Shown in pieces: positions 50,401 to 63,100 of a stretch of 64,000 nt of DNA (positions are counted from its first letter, which is position 1; the number at the start of each line of letters is the position of its first letter). The translations under genes and the position numbers were made by a program. The stretch is from Klebsormidium nitens (lineage: Eukaryota > Plantae > Klebsormidiophyceae). The stretch lies in the NCBI GenBank assembly GCA_000708835.1, contig DF236981.1, positions 62,001 to 126,000 on the forward strand. Reading direction: 5' to 3'. Under the pieces are notes generated by a model that was not told the origin of the DNA, did no database searches, and saw only the letters and a list, made by a program, of their open reading frames with translations.

Positions 50401-53400
50401 CCTCACGCTTTTCACGAGTCACCAACCAGTGCCCATGCTTCGATTAAAAGATCGCAGCTCCTGGAAGTATCACACCCTCCCGTGCTCTACAGTTGCGAAC
50501 CCTCAAGCTGCACGAGGAGCGTCTCCTGGAGAAGGCGCTCGCCGTGAAGGAGCGAGAGGAAGACGTGCAGCGGCTGCGCGGGCTGCTGACGTCACAGGGG
50601 GAGGAGCACGCCCGGATGCGACGGCGCGAGGTCGAGCGCGAGTACGAGGCGCTCCTCAGCAGCGCCAAGAAAGACAGGGAGCTGCTCGATGGTGCGCGCG
50701 CGCAGCGTTTCCCTGTCACTTTGACGAACTCCAGCAACAATTGGCGGTCTTTGTTCGGACCTTTAACTGCAGGACTAACGGCTGGAAACTGCTGTTGGGT
50801 GCGCAGATTTGCTGGCCCTGAGCTTTAAGAAACAGTGGCAAAGAATTTGCCTTGAGGCGCTTTCCTAGAAAAGTTCGAAGATTCGTATCATTTTGTTGTT
50901 CCGATTCCGAACCAGCTCGTGAACGCTAATTTGCAAACCAAATGCAGTGGTGCTTGTCTCGTCGGAGATTAGTGGGTTTTCAGCGCGCCCTCAACCCAAC
51001 ATCTTCGGAAATCTGATTGAACTGATATTCAGGAGCACTCTCGAGTAGAGGACTCTTACGATGGAACTGCAGGTAGGTGACTGACCTCCAAGAGCACTCT
51101 CTGGTTGCAGTCGAGCGCACTCGCTTTGCGGAGGAGCGTGCCGCGGTGGCGGACGAGCTGACGGCCGGGCGGGAGAGCCGCGCGCACGTTCGGCAACTTG
51201 AGCGGGCGCTCGCGCTCGCCCAGGAACAGCTGGAGAGTTCCGCGGAGGCAGCGAAAAACCTGGAGGCGAGGCTTGCGAAGAGCGCGGAAGAGAAGAGAGC
51301 GCTGCAGGGCATGCTGGGGCGGAACGCGGGGCTGGAGACAGGTGTCGGCTGGACCCACGCAGGGTCAGTATCGAAGTCTGCCTTATTCAAGAGGATCAGC
51401 ATCAAATTCTGAAGGCTGTGAGAGTGGCAGCATTACGATAGGAACGCGAGTACTAGGATTGTCGACATCCTTGCTGTGTATTGCTCTTGCAGGATAGAAA
51501 GAATGGTTGCACGTAGCAGTGAAAGGCGGGGGAGCACGTTTTTCCGCGACTTTTCTCGTGAACCCCCGACCTTCTTCATTGCTGCTTACATTAGGGCCTT
51601 TCACTGGAAGGCCTTGATTTTTAAGTCCCATGCAGACTGCCGGTAAAGTCACTGGTTGACACTTGTTGTAACGAACTACGTCCTGCAGTAAGTGAGATTC
51701 TTGTTTTTGAGATCTTTATCCAACACTCGCTTAGAGGTACAACTTTCGGTGCCCTGTTTCCTACAGGCCATTCTCTGGCGTCCCCGCATGTGGTCACGGG
51801 CCAGTGATCGAGAAGTTGCAAGGGCTGAGGGCGGCAGACAGGAAAGCCAAAAGGAAAGCGGTGAAGGAACTCGAAGAGCTGCAGGCGACCTTCCAGAAGC
51901 AGGTGGGCTACTAACGGTGTCTCTCGCCAGGCCATTATTATTTCAGACCTTGATTGTCTGACTTGCTCACCATTGCGTTTGGTTCACCGAGCTGTTGAGC
52001 AATTGTACACGAATCAGAACGGGGCCGTCACCCGCTGTTTTCGAGCACTCCGGATTGCCATACTTTAGAAGGTCACTCTGCATTTGTGAATAAGAAAGGC
52101 GAATCGAAGAAGGGTTCAGAATTATAGTCACCGGTGATTGCCAGCGAAAGGGCTTTTTCATCAAGAGTTCTCGGGGACCCAAACAAATCATAACGTTATC
52201 CGCGCCACTTTAAACCACTCGAAATCTCATCTATAAGCGCTGGAGTGGTCTCGAGCGAAAGGCTAAGAATGGCACGGATCCGCCAGAGTGCCACAAACGC
52301 AAGCGCCGATGTCGAATCAAGGCAGCCTGAGCGTCCTTGACCAATCGCGCTCCTTCTCCGCGCGCGAGCAGGTGCGTGAGTGGCGCGAGCAGCAGGCGGA
52401 GTGGCGCCTGGTCGAGCGGCAGACGCAGGCCCGCGTCGCGCGGTTGCAGGCGGAGGCGGCCGCGGCGGCCGACAAGCAGGAGCAGGCCACGCGGCGCGCG
52501 GAGGAGCTCGCGCTGCGCCTCAGGGCCGCGGAGAGGGAGGCCGCTGACGTCACGCAGCTGTACCGGGAAGGCAAAGCAGGTGGGCTTGACTATTGTGGTG
52601 GCTGTCTATGGAAAGGTATGGGTGACGGAAGGAGGTCGTTCGTGAAGAAGAAAGGTGCAGATTAGCTATACTCGGTGTGATCTACTCTCGCTTAATCCAC
52701 AAGGGTTTGAAAGATTGGCCTTTTCCCGAATGGTCGGCTTCGATTGGCTCCTTCTGCGAGCTTTTTGAGAACCCCTCGTCCCGCCAATGTATCATCATCA
52801 AGAATCGGTTGCTTCTAAACATTTGAAACGGTGGGACCTTTCGCGGAAAGAGTAGAGATAACTACTGATTGCTGCTTTCGTCACTCCTGCAGCCCTGCAA
52901 AATGAGCAACTGGTTCGTCACGGCACGACGGCCATCGAGCCCCTTCTCACATCCACCGTAAACCGCGACGCTCGAGACAAGCTGCCAGACAGCTTCCCTT
53001 GGAAAACGGCCGGACCCCTTTCCCCAGTGACCGGGGACGCTCCCCGTGGTATGCCCAGCTTTCGTCGAGAGCCCTCCCCGCCCTCCCCTCCGGGCAGTAG
53101 AGCGCCCGGTTCGGTCTTCCCGGTGCCTGTCATAGGTCCCCAGACTGCGGCCTTCTCCGGCGCGCTCTCCCGGTTGAACGAGTTGCAGCGCGAGGAGCAG
53201 CACATGCAGATCGCGCTGGACGACTTCCGCGCGCGCGTGCGCGCGGGGCGCGCGGAAACTGCGCGCGCTGTTGAGCAAGCCGCGCGGGCGCCGGACGCGT
53301 TCCGTACGGTCGTGCGCCGAGAGGCGTCGGAAGAGTCGGAGAATAGCAGTAGCGAGAGCACTTCCGGGGGGCTCGAAAATGGTTCTGAGCCGTCGAGGGA

Positions 53401-55781
53401 GGAAGAAAGGCGACAAATAAGAAGGGCGAGCTGGAATACAGACACTGAAAAGGAGAGGCTCCTGCGCGGAGTCACAACGGTGGGGGAAGCGAACGAAAGC
53501 GACAAGGCGCGGAATAAAACGGAGAGACCAATTCGGGGGTTGCGCTTGGGTGGAAATGAGCTTGTAGAAGGTGGCGGTCAAACGGACCCGTATGCCAAGG
53601 TCGTAGGTCTGCAGGACATGGGTATTACGGAGCAGTCGCAGGTGCAAGAAGTGGGAGGGGTCTGCTTGCAACTCGAGGAGAACAGAGACAATGTTGCTGA
53701 CGTCACGATCAATATGCGGAAGGAAGAGAGCCAGCGGGAGGGTGAAGCAGGTTCGCCGAACGGAGGGAAGACGACGGAAGGCCAGGCGGGTCCAGTAGAG
53801 TCGGAAACGCGGGAAGAGCGCTTCTCGAGAGTCTCCAAAAGCGCGTCTGCAAAGGAAGAGAATCCAGTGAGTGGACAAATGCCAACCCCAGAGGAAGTGC
53901 ACGGGGGTAATGTTCCGTCTCAGAGTCGGCAAGAAGGCCGAGTTGCGGAGGCTTCGAGCGGCGGGGGCGAGGAGGTTCAGAGCCCCGCTAGTGTGAAGAC
54001 GCGTCAGGGCGGCAAAGAAGAATGGACGGATGATGTGTTGGGCTTTGATGGGGGCCTGGCCCCGGTTAAAACGGCGGGTAAAACTGGACAGGATTCTGCG
54101 CTGGAAGATGTCAAGAGCCCAGAAACGGTGAAGGTTCTCGTCCGGCGGAAAGAGAACATACCGGCAAGGGAAAGCTCGGATGCTGACGTGGCAATGGGGA
54201 GCGAACCCGGGGACAGAGCGGAAAGTGCGACGACGCCGAAAATCGTTGCAACGGAGCATGGGGAGCCATTACTGGGCAGCAGTGTTGCGGTGGAGGCCGC
54301 GAAAGTGGATCAGCGGAAAGCGGAACTGCCTCTTCCGGCGTCTAGGCAAGCTCTCGAACCACCTGTGCAGTTCTTCCCAGCGACAAGAGACGTCGAGGGT
54401 GCTGGCATGAATCAGCAGATTCCGCTCGCGGGGTTAGTTCCGCTGGGGGGGGTAGTTCCGCTCGGGGGCGTGGTTCCGCCGGACCGGAAAGAGAAGGCGG
54501 GGGCGAGTGCGCAGCGGCGGCGTTGCGGTGGTGGTGTGAGTGGTCTCGAAGAGGTGGCAAAGCTGGCGGAAAGAGAGGCCCCCAACGCGGAAAGCAGAAC
54601 CACGACTCCCCGCGATGCAGCGAACCCCCAACCGAACTTCGACGGATCTCGAACAAGAGACGCCTCTCTAGCGGGAGAGACCGGAGGGCGCCTTGCCGAG
54701 CTGCAAAAGAAGGCGGGGGCCGATCCTGCGTCGAAAGGGGACAGAGGGAGGCAGGCGGGAGAACGAAACGACGGCGATGTGCATTCGGAGACGGGGAGCG
54801 TGAGCCCGGTAGAAGCCACGCATCGGGGCGTTCCGGCGTGGCCAAGTGTGGTTGAAACAAGTCGCCACACGGAAGAAGCGTCTGAAACTAAGGAAGCGGA
54901 GCCAAAAGCAGCAAGCGGAGGGAATCTTGTCGCAGGCTCGGTAGAAAGTGCAGTCTTGCAAGTGGGCTCCCCCGAAAAGCCATCGGACCGAAGTGTCTCG
55001 GCTGAGAGGAGTCCGAATGATTTCGAGAGCCCCATCGCAAAGACGGAGCAAGTACCACCGGCGGGCCCTACCACTGGCCGGTTTGGACCGCACGAACCGA
55101 CAGCTGTCGCCGCTGTGAGAGAACCGCGGGCCCCGCTCGATCCGGAAAATATGCCCAAGATCGAGGAAGGGACCGCTATCGAACCGTTGAAAGTCAGCAT
55201 CTGGGAGAAACTTCAGGACACCATCCGAAAAATCGTTCCCGAAAGCGTTCCCGAAAGCGTTCGGGAGGGCGACCCCAAGCAGCAAGCCGCCGGCTCCACG
55301 GTCGCCTCACCGGCTGCAGAGGAGGTAGAGGAGGAGCTGGAAATCGACTACGACGATGCGGCTTACAGCGAAGGAGGGTTGAGCAATCTGTCCATTCCTG
55401 CTGCTGATGGGTAAGGAGTGTGTGACCAACCATTTTCCTTCAGATGGTTGTTGGGTTTGAATGTGGAAGCGATTGCGAGGCTTATGGGCAAGGAAACGCC
55501 AAGGATATCTGCGGTTTGGAGATAATCAAATTTTGTTACGTGCTGCTGTGATGGACGGCCCAAACGGATTGATGGGCGAAGAAGCGTCTTTGACAGCATG
55601 CTGAGGTGTAGCTAATGTAGCTGCAAGCGGTCACAACCTGTGATGCAATCGCTATTGAGAATGGAGTCAAAGAACATTTCCTGGTCAGAAATGTCACCTC
55701 TCGGAGACCGGAAACTGTTTTGTCTCTCATTCTTTCAGGAATATTTTGCGAGGAGAGCTTTCGGGCAGCGATGGCTGGTGA
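47495..55781 (+). CDS. OFD1: OFD1 homologue (LisH + coiled coils; centriole/basal-body protein), about 12 exons
   Basis: The N-terminus LKSRLYSSLLETGVIDNLK|TQLRTQIL...NSLFIDYL...GYVYTLSVFTPECG matches the OFD1 LisH region as recalled. Coiled-coil exons follow (LEERMDQYRREV; QRQRILAETEVLRERE), with a GC-AG intron at 49488-49916. A roughly 2.5-kb low-complexity exon ends at 55410, and the last exon 55739-55781 encodes GNILRGELSGSDGW*. Confidence 0.85.
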
Positions 55782-56516
55782 CTACAAGAATTTAACATCG
55801 AAAACTCGCTCAGATATTGCTCTGCTGAAGAGGAAGGAAGTTAGTCTCTGTTGAAACTATTCCGTTAAAGTGGTGGAGTATCTGGTTCTGCAGATCTTAA
55901 GAGTAAGTCGGAACCTTACATGCATATCCAAACTTGTTAACAGGATTGAATCCTTTGAGCCGCTCATTACGAACGTCCATGTGCTGTCATCTGCTTAAAC
56001 CGCGCCATGCAAAGACACGCACCTCAACCTGATAATGCCGCAGAATGCTCGAGCTCTTACATGCTTGCTTATGATCTCGCTCATGCGTGGCTTTCACTTA
56101 CATGATGAACGCACTCGCTGGGCCGGTATGCCTTTACATCTTCACAACATATACGCTCGGTGATTTGTGTTCCTCAGATGTGACCCTTAAATCAGATGTT
56201 GATATTGCGTCCGAAAGCTGCACCCAACAAGCTCAAACTTCTCCAACTCGTTGAATTAGTGATTACTGATTTGAAGCCAACTTCGAAGCCAACTCGTTTT
56301 GAGGCTCTTTCGAAAAAACGACAGGCTATAAGATTGATTTTCAATCTTGAGGACGCATGACAGCAAAGCATCGGGACGCGACCCGATAGAGTGGTGCATG
56401 CTGTATGCCACTAGTATAGTATAGTATGGACTATACCAATGCGGACGTATAGGAACGCACTTTAATTTATAAGACTTTGCGTTGATCTAGCTAGCTCTGA
56501 TATAGCAAATTTGATA

Positions 56517-56640
56517 CAGCTTCTCCCGATCAACCGGCCAGTTTTAGTGTCATCTATTTTAGACTAATTTCTCCCGACAGAAGACTGACTAAGTTAGTCT
56601 AAAATTTTACTATAGCTGGCAGGTTGCTCGGAAGAAGCTG
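56517..56640. mobile_element. 124-bp MITE, copy 2 (opposite orientation, more diverged)
   Basis: CAGCTTCTCCCGATCAACCGGCCAGTTTTAGTG ... CTGGCAGGTTGCTCGGAAGAAGCTG, with TA on both sides (56515-16, 56641-42). The interior aligns to the reverse complement of the interior of copy 1. Confidence 0.85.
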
Positions 56641-57164
56641 TAGCACTAGCTCTCACTGAGTCAGTAATCAACACAGACTCAAACATTAGTCATATGAGAG
56701 TGACCGCGCGCGCCTCTGTGCAGGGGCGGCCGCGGCAGCTCGCAAGGGTTCAAGTTTTGCCTGAAGTCAGGGTTGTTAAATTCAGCGCCGGGCGGAGCCA
56801 CCTGCTGCACCTTGTTCATTCTATCTCGATCTAGTTGCCAGGCTGGTCGAAGAACACGCAGAAATGGTGGCATTTTGTCACGCTAGCATTCTGTCAATGT
56901 AGTCCTAGTAGTAGGGGCGTCCAATGTCATCTGCACAAGAGGCTGTCAAGATCTCTGGTGAAAGCAGTGATGGCACTAAGTTTCTCTGCTGCATGTTTTC
57001 AATCCTTTGCTGACAACAGCAAAAGATTGTTGCGCTAAATCACCAGGGACTAGTGGAGGCAAATGTGCCCGTCATTTGCAGATTGAGTTGTTGGGTTCTG
57101 CAGCTACTGAGAACAATAAGTTGCGGACTCGCGGCGGGTTAAGCGAGCATTGTCTGCAGCTGCG

Positions 57165-60100
57165 ATGGCTGGTGCAGCGCCCGCCTTTCGGGAGGCGTGT
57201 GCTTCAGGCGCTTGGTCTCAAGCAATCCAAGCTTGCACAAAACTGCTCCGGAATGACAAGGAGAATGCAGGTGTATTGTGGTGAGTACTCTCCCTCGCTT
57301 GACATGCTCAAAAATTTGAGTCACAGCATCCGGATCACGCTACATGCCCATGGATTTCGGGGAATTGGCTTGATCCTCTCCGGGCTAGTCCTCAGAATTG
57401 GAGCTGGTGGGTGTAATTGGGTCCAGTGTGATTAAGCATACAAACCCTTGATGACGGTACATGAGCCACTGTTTTCACAACCACCACCCTTCGAATCCAT
57501 ATCAAGGTGTTTGAATTTGACCACATCAAGTCCTTGGCCAATGCAGCGACCGCGCCTTGTGCTACATCCAGCTAGATCTAAACAAGCACGCCATCAAGGA
57601 CTGCGACGCTGCGGTCAAGTGCGCAGCATCTGATCAGACTGCCAAAGCTCTGCTCATCAAAGGTATGGCCCTGGACCGGGCTTTTGTTGATTAGCACTGA
57701 CACGAAATAGTAGCATTGAGCATCTTTGGTGCCTTCGTGTTGGTACGTTGAAACCTGTGCAAAGAGTGGTATATGTCTTCCATATGCTCCAGTGCTGATG
57801 AGGATGAGGGTGGATAAACCTCTTGGCCCTTGCCATCAGAGGCGAAGTTCTGCAGAATCACGAGTTGGAAATCTGCGAGCCTTATACTTTGTGCATGATT
57901 GACCTTCATACTTTGTCAGCATAGACTTTTAAACCAACTTTTGCTTGCTCTCTCATCTCTGCAGGTCAAGCATTGACTAAACTGGGCCGATTTTCAGAGG
58001 CCACTGCCAGCTGGCAGCAGGCCAGCGACCATCTCCTAAAGGAGGAGAACTGCGCCGCATTTGACCTCAGCCTCTTTCTCCGGCTGAGACAGCTGATCAA
58101 GCCTCAGTCGCAACCAGAATTTCCTGCCAGCATTGCCCCCTCCTCTCAGAGCAGCGTAAGTATGGCCACGAATCCCCAAGCCCCTCCATTCACCGACTCA
58201 GTCCAAAGTTTGGGAGCATCTTCACCAGCAGAACAGGTCTCAGCGGAGGCAGGGTCTGGTTTAGCGGATACACCGGCGCTGCTCAAAGAAGCGTCGAGCA
58301 GTGGTCAGCCTGGGCCGTCCATCGATGTGGAGAGCGCCTCCAGGCATTCACACATGTCAGATGAAAACAAAGTCGGAAAGCAGGACGTTGATGCGACATT
58401 AGAAGGGCCCTCCTCCGCCGGCTCTGAACACTTTAGGGATGTCATTAAGCCAGCCATTTCCGGCTCCAATACCAGTGACGTACAGAGTCTCCCAACGGAT
58501 GACACTATGAGTACGAGCGATCGAAGCAGTCAGCCAAACGGTCACACCACCCCACAGAAAGCACCAAAGCCGGAGCCCCCTCCCAATCCAGTGTCAAATA
58601 AGCCTCCATCTGAGACGTCCCGTAGTCGGACGTCCGAGGCCCTTCCCAACGGAAAGTCCAACGGCCGGGGTGCAGCGAGCCCGGGTCAAGGTGCCGGCAA
58701 GGGCAAAAAGACAGAGCCCGCCCCCGAGACAAATGGAGCGTCAGGATCGGGAAGGTCTTCTAGTCGGGGTGCTTCACGAAGTCGGAGAGGGGATTGCGAG
58801 GCAGGGTCGCGGTCTGGGGGGGGTGCCAGCTGTAGCGGGCGGGAAGAACGGGCCGGAGACCGTGCGGAGATCCGGGGGGCAATTTCGAAAGATTCGGGGG
58901 ATGAGAGCCGAGGGGACACGAGTGCTCGGGAAGGGGATCGAGGGGCGCCCCACTGGAAAGCCGAAAAGGATGTCGAGCTGCCGCCAAAGGTGATCGTGAA
59001 CGGGATGGACTGGCGCGTCCAGACGGGGATTCAAGAGGTGAACGCGGGGAATCTGGACCGCGGAATTGCTATCTTTGACAAGGTGAGTGAAGCCGCAGTA
59101 TGGCTGCCTTGATCGGCGTCATCTGGTGACGTCGTCATCCTGGCGCAGCTATGCTATGGTGGTCAGATTTTGTTACGCGCAACAATACAAGGCATGCCTT
59201 CTCGGTTCAGGGCTTACATAGAGCATCCTGCCTCATCCTTTTCTCCTGTTCGAAAGGTTCTGATGCTGGCGCATTTGGTCTTCTTTTCCTGCCCTGTTCA
59301 GGACTTCTTTGATTGCACAGAAGACTTTGATTTTGAGCCGCCTTGAGCCGCCTTTCTCCAACTAACCGCTCTCTCAGCTTCGCCCTTTTCCGACGTTCCC
59401 CATACGACCTCCCCTTTCCTCCACAGATCCTGGAAGACGAGCCCGCAAACGTCGGCGCGCTTATCGGCAGGGGCAGCGCATTTGCGATGCAGTCCAACCA
59501 GTTCAAGCTGGGCCAGAGGGGGCGACCCGCAATCACCGAGACAGACCTCAGGGCCCATCAGCGGAAACTAGAGGCGGCCGTTAAGGACTTTAGCCTGGCG
59601 ATCCGGACCGAGCCACGCTTTGCGGACTCCTGGAGGCGGCGGGGGCAGGCCCGAGCGGCCATGGGCCTCTTCAAAGAGGTGCGTGACTGCTGTATTATTC
59701 TCAAGCCTTCGTGTCCTTCCTCAATCCGAACAAGTTTTCCCGGGCCACCGTGCATAGGTTTGAGTGTACGATGTACGAAGATCGTGCTTTTGGATCGAGA
59801 GCCGTCCGATCGGTCCTTTTTTCTATCGGACGGTCTTTAAGGGTGAACCGTGGTCGGAACGCCAGCATTCAAGTGCGGACAGCCTTCGCAACACGTTTTC
59901 TTTGTGAAGTTTCTCGTTTCCATCGTGAGTGGTAGTCGTATGTCCCAGATTAATACGTAGCTGATGGCCGTTGAGATTTTGGAACTGCAGATGTGCGGTT
60001 CGCAAGCGGGTCGAAAAGGTGCACCACTTTCTCGCACTATCTTTCAAACTGAATCTGCATTGCAGAGCATCAAGGATTTGACGGAGGCGTTGCGACTAGA

Positions 60101-63100
60101 GCCATCATCGACCGAGACCCTCTCAGAAAGAGGTGAGCTTTCATTTCCATTTCCCATTGCATGGAAAGGTGTCCCAAAACCTGTCTACATCATCCCTCAT
60201 ACATGATGCAGTTCTGAAGTGAGACATGTGCGCGTCCAAGAACACTTCGGTTGCGCAGTCTGCGAAGCTCCTGCCGTCTGAATTCAGCGATCCTACATTC
60301 TCTCTCTCAGCAAGAGAAACGCGGAACAGACCATGGTACCATCTCCGGTCCTCTATCTTCTCCCTTGTTTGTCGATCATCGCACAGTACTCACCTCGCCG
60401 GTGCTTTTCTACCGGTTGCTTTTCCCCCTTCTCACAAAAAGCCACATATCATTCGACTCGATCCTCGCTTCCACAGGCGGCTGCTACACGAAGCTGCGCG
60501 ACTTCGCTCGTGCGGAATCGGACTTCCGCGCGTGTTTGCAGCGGGACCCGCAGAACGCGGAGATGCTTCGACTGCTGGGGCGGAGCCTCATCTCCCAGGG
60601 GGAGTGCCGGGCGGGGATCGAGACGCTGCTCAAGGCCGCCAAGCTCGACCCGGACGCGAAGGACATATACGCCAACATCGCCCAGGTGGGTCTCGGAAAT
60701 GGTTGGCAGCTCTAGTTTTCCAACAGAGCACCGTCTTAGAACTTTTTCTGCTGGAGGTTGCCAGTTCGACCCGGAAGTCAAAGACATATACGCCAACATC
60801 CCGCTGTATATTTCGGACATGATCGGCAGCTCTTGTTGTCAAATAGAGCAGATTCCTTTAACGTTTTTGTGCTGGATGTTGCCAAACATGACCCTGAGGC
60901 AATGACGTATACACCAATATCGTCTTGGAAGATTGGCGACCCTAGTTGTGATTCTGAGAGCACGTTTTCAAGAAGGCGTAGGAGTGGCAAGGTCTCTGTG
61001 AACCATCCCGCAATAGAGCGGTCTGCACCTCTCACCCACTCTCATTTCTAGCTACATCTACTCAGGTGATCTCTCGGTGTAAGAGCGGTTATCCTGCGCA
61101 CCTGTCCCGTTGTATTTTTTCTTGGGCTCTTCAGCGCTCACACCTTATATGTTTCGCCGTCGAATGCAGGCGTACAAGGAGATCTCGGATGCCGAACGGG
61201 CGACCATGTACTTCGAGAAGGCGCTCGTCGCGAAAGAAGCGTGAGCTTCGCTAACATATTCTTTCGTTCCGGTTCCGTTCGTTCCGGTTCTGTACGGACA
61301 GCTCAACTTTCCGGGCCTTCAAAAGGTTGGGGAAAGCTTGTCGACCTTGTCGGGATGCAGGAATGGCGTTAAGAACACAAGAAGCAATGTTTTCCCGCCT
61401 CCCGGGTTAAAGTCTGGTAACGTTGCAATGCTGTTTTGCCCCGTTGTTTGACATCGTATTCTGCGGAGCGTCCCAGCATACGTGGGCCTGCTGAGCCGAC
61501 CTGCTCTCGCTCCTAACCGTGACGCTGTTAGAAGCATCACGACCAGTGCTTCATCATATCGAGCCGGAAAAGTATGCCTCTTCATGTACAAGCTACAAAG
61601 TAACGATATGCCTACTGCTCTGGAAGGGAATAGTCCCAAGTGAAGAAATCAATTACAGCTTCCGTTGATCCGCATCTCTCCCTTGATTACGTAATCGGCT
61701 CTGTCGTTCCACCTTGCCAGATCTTCCACGTGCGAGGTCGGAGACGCTTTAGACTTGATGAGCTGTTCCCCAATTTTAAAGAGTACGCTTTGTTCCCATG
61801 CGCAGGTCGCTGAACACGTATCACCTCTGGGGGATGATGCGGTATGGTCTAGGGGACCACAGGTGAGGACCTTTGCTTTGGTTGTTTGTTTTTCACGAAT
61901 TACTTGATTGATTGTAGGCGATGTCGAAAAGGTTCAATAATTGAAAATTCTTGGTAGCAATCAGCCGTTTTGAATAGAAAAGCTTTGTTACCCTCACCCA
62001 CTTTTAACCCTCATCTTCTCACGCTTCGAAGACTCTGAGCATTTGCAAGGCTGCAACTTCTTTCCCGTCCCTGCTTGGACCACAGGACCGTCAAATTGTT
62101 TCATGCATGTTGCGGTTGAACATGTTACAAGAGGCTTTCGGGAACAATTTCGCTGCTCTGAAAGCAGCCCAAAAAGAGGCCAACTCGGGGCTGCCATGTG
62201 TTGTGAAGCCCAGCAGGGCTTGTTGAATTGGGGCGAATCCGTCAGCTCGTTTTCTGCCATGCAGGGGCGCTTTGGATCTGTTCGACAAAGTGCTGAAGGT
62301 CGAGCCTCGCAGCTTAGAGTGCAAGTACTTCAAAGGAGCCTGCTTGCACGCCATTGGACAATACACCGAAGCGGTGAGCAAGTCTTGAGGTTCTTCTTTG
62401 ACATTCTTCGAGCTCCTTTGAACGGGGCACTTCAACCTTGGCGCCAGCTTTTCCCCTGGATAGGAGCGTTTTTCTCTGCAACCAGTACAGCAAAAGACAC
62501 TATATGGTCGTTTGCCTTCGTGGACCTTTGTACATTGTCTGGTAAATGACTCGACAGCAGGTGTCGAGTGTCTGAGCTTCAAAATCAAGCTATAAATTTT
62601 TCCTGCAGTTCAAAGAGTACAACGATTGTCTGAGTATCGAGAGCAGCGACGACAGCGTAGTCGTCGCCTACCTTGCCTTCTATCAGGTGAGCTGTGAACC
62701 AGCGCCACGTCAGCTTTAAAAGTCCACCATCTGCACGGAAAAGTCGCTCAGCTCATGACACGATGCTCTTCGTAGGGGCGCTTGTTGATAGCATCAGACC
62801 GCCACTTTGCGAAGCTGTAGTAGGATCAAGTCGCACTACCAGTCGGCGTCCGACAGCTTGCACAAAGATAAAGGAATTTGACTCTGGATGCACCAGCATG
62901 CGGTGCTGCTCTCGAGGCCCAGGCGTTATGCAAGGCAACACAACGGCCAGGGCTTTCGCATTCCGGACTTTGCACGGTGGACATCTCACGACTCATCTCA
63001 GGAACCTTTTTCTAGGCGGCTATAGTCTGAGGAGAAAGGGAAATACCAGAGGGCAGGCGCGACGGACGGTAGAGTGCGGGCGTGAGAAACAGAATGATTG

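Noticed and set aside
54420-54482. Short coding repeats in OFD1 (PLAGLV-PLGGVV-PLGGVV-PP; also VPESVPESV near 55238) and small intronic direct repeats (2830-2856, 16598-16620, 36160-36198)
   Set aside because: Ordinary slippage repeats in low-constraint sequence.
52862-55200. Long minus-strand ORFs (465, 262 and 195 aa) and extra plus-frame ORFs over the large OFD1 exon
   Set aside because: Antisense and frame shadows of a GC-rich low-complexity exon; no motifs or independent splice structure.
55502-55509. ATATCCTT (U12-type donor consensus) on the minus strand
   Set aside because: It is antisense within an OFD1 intron and not at any exon boundary.
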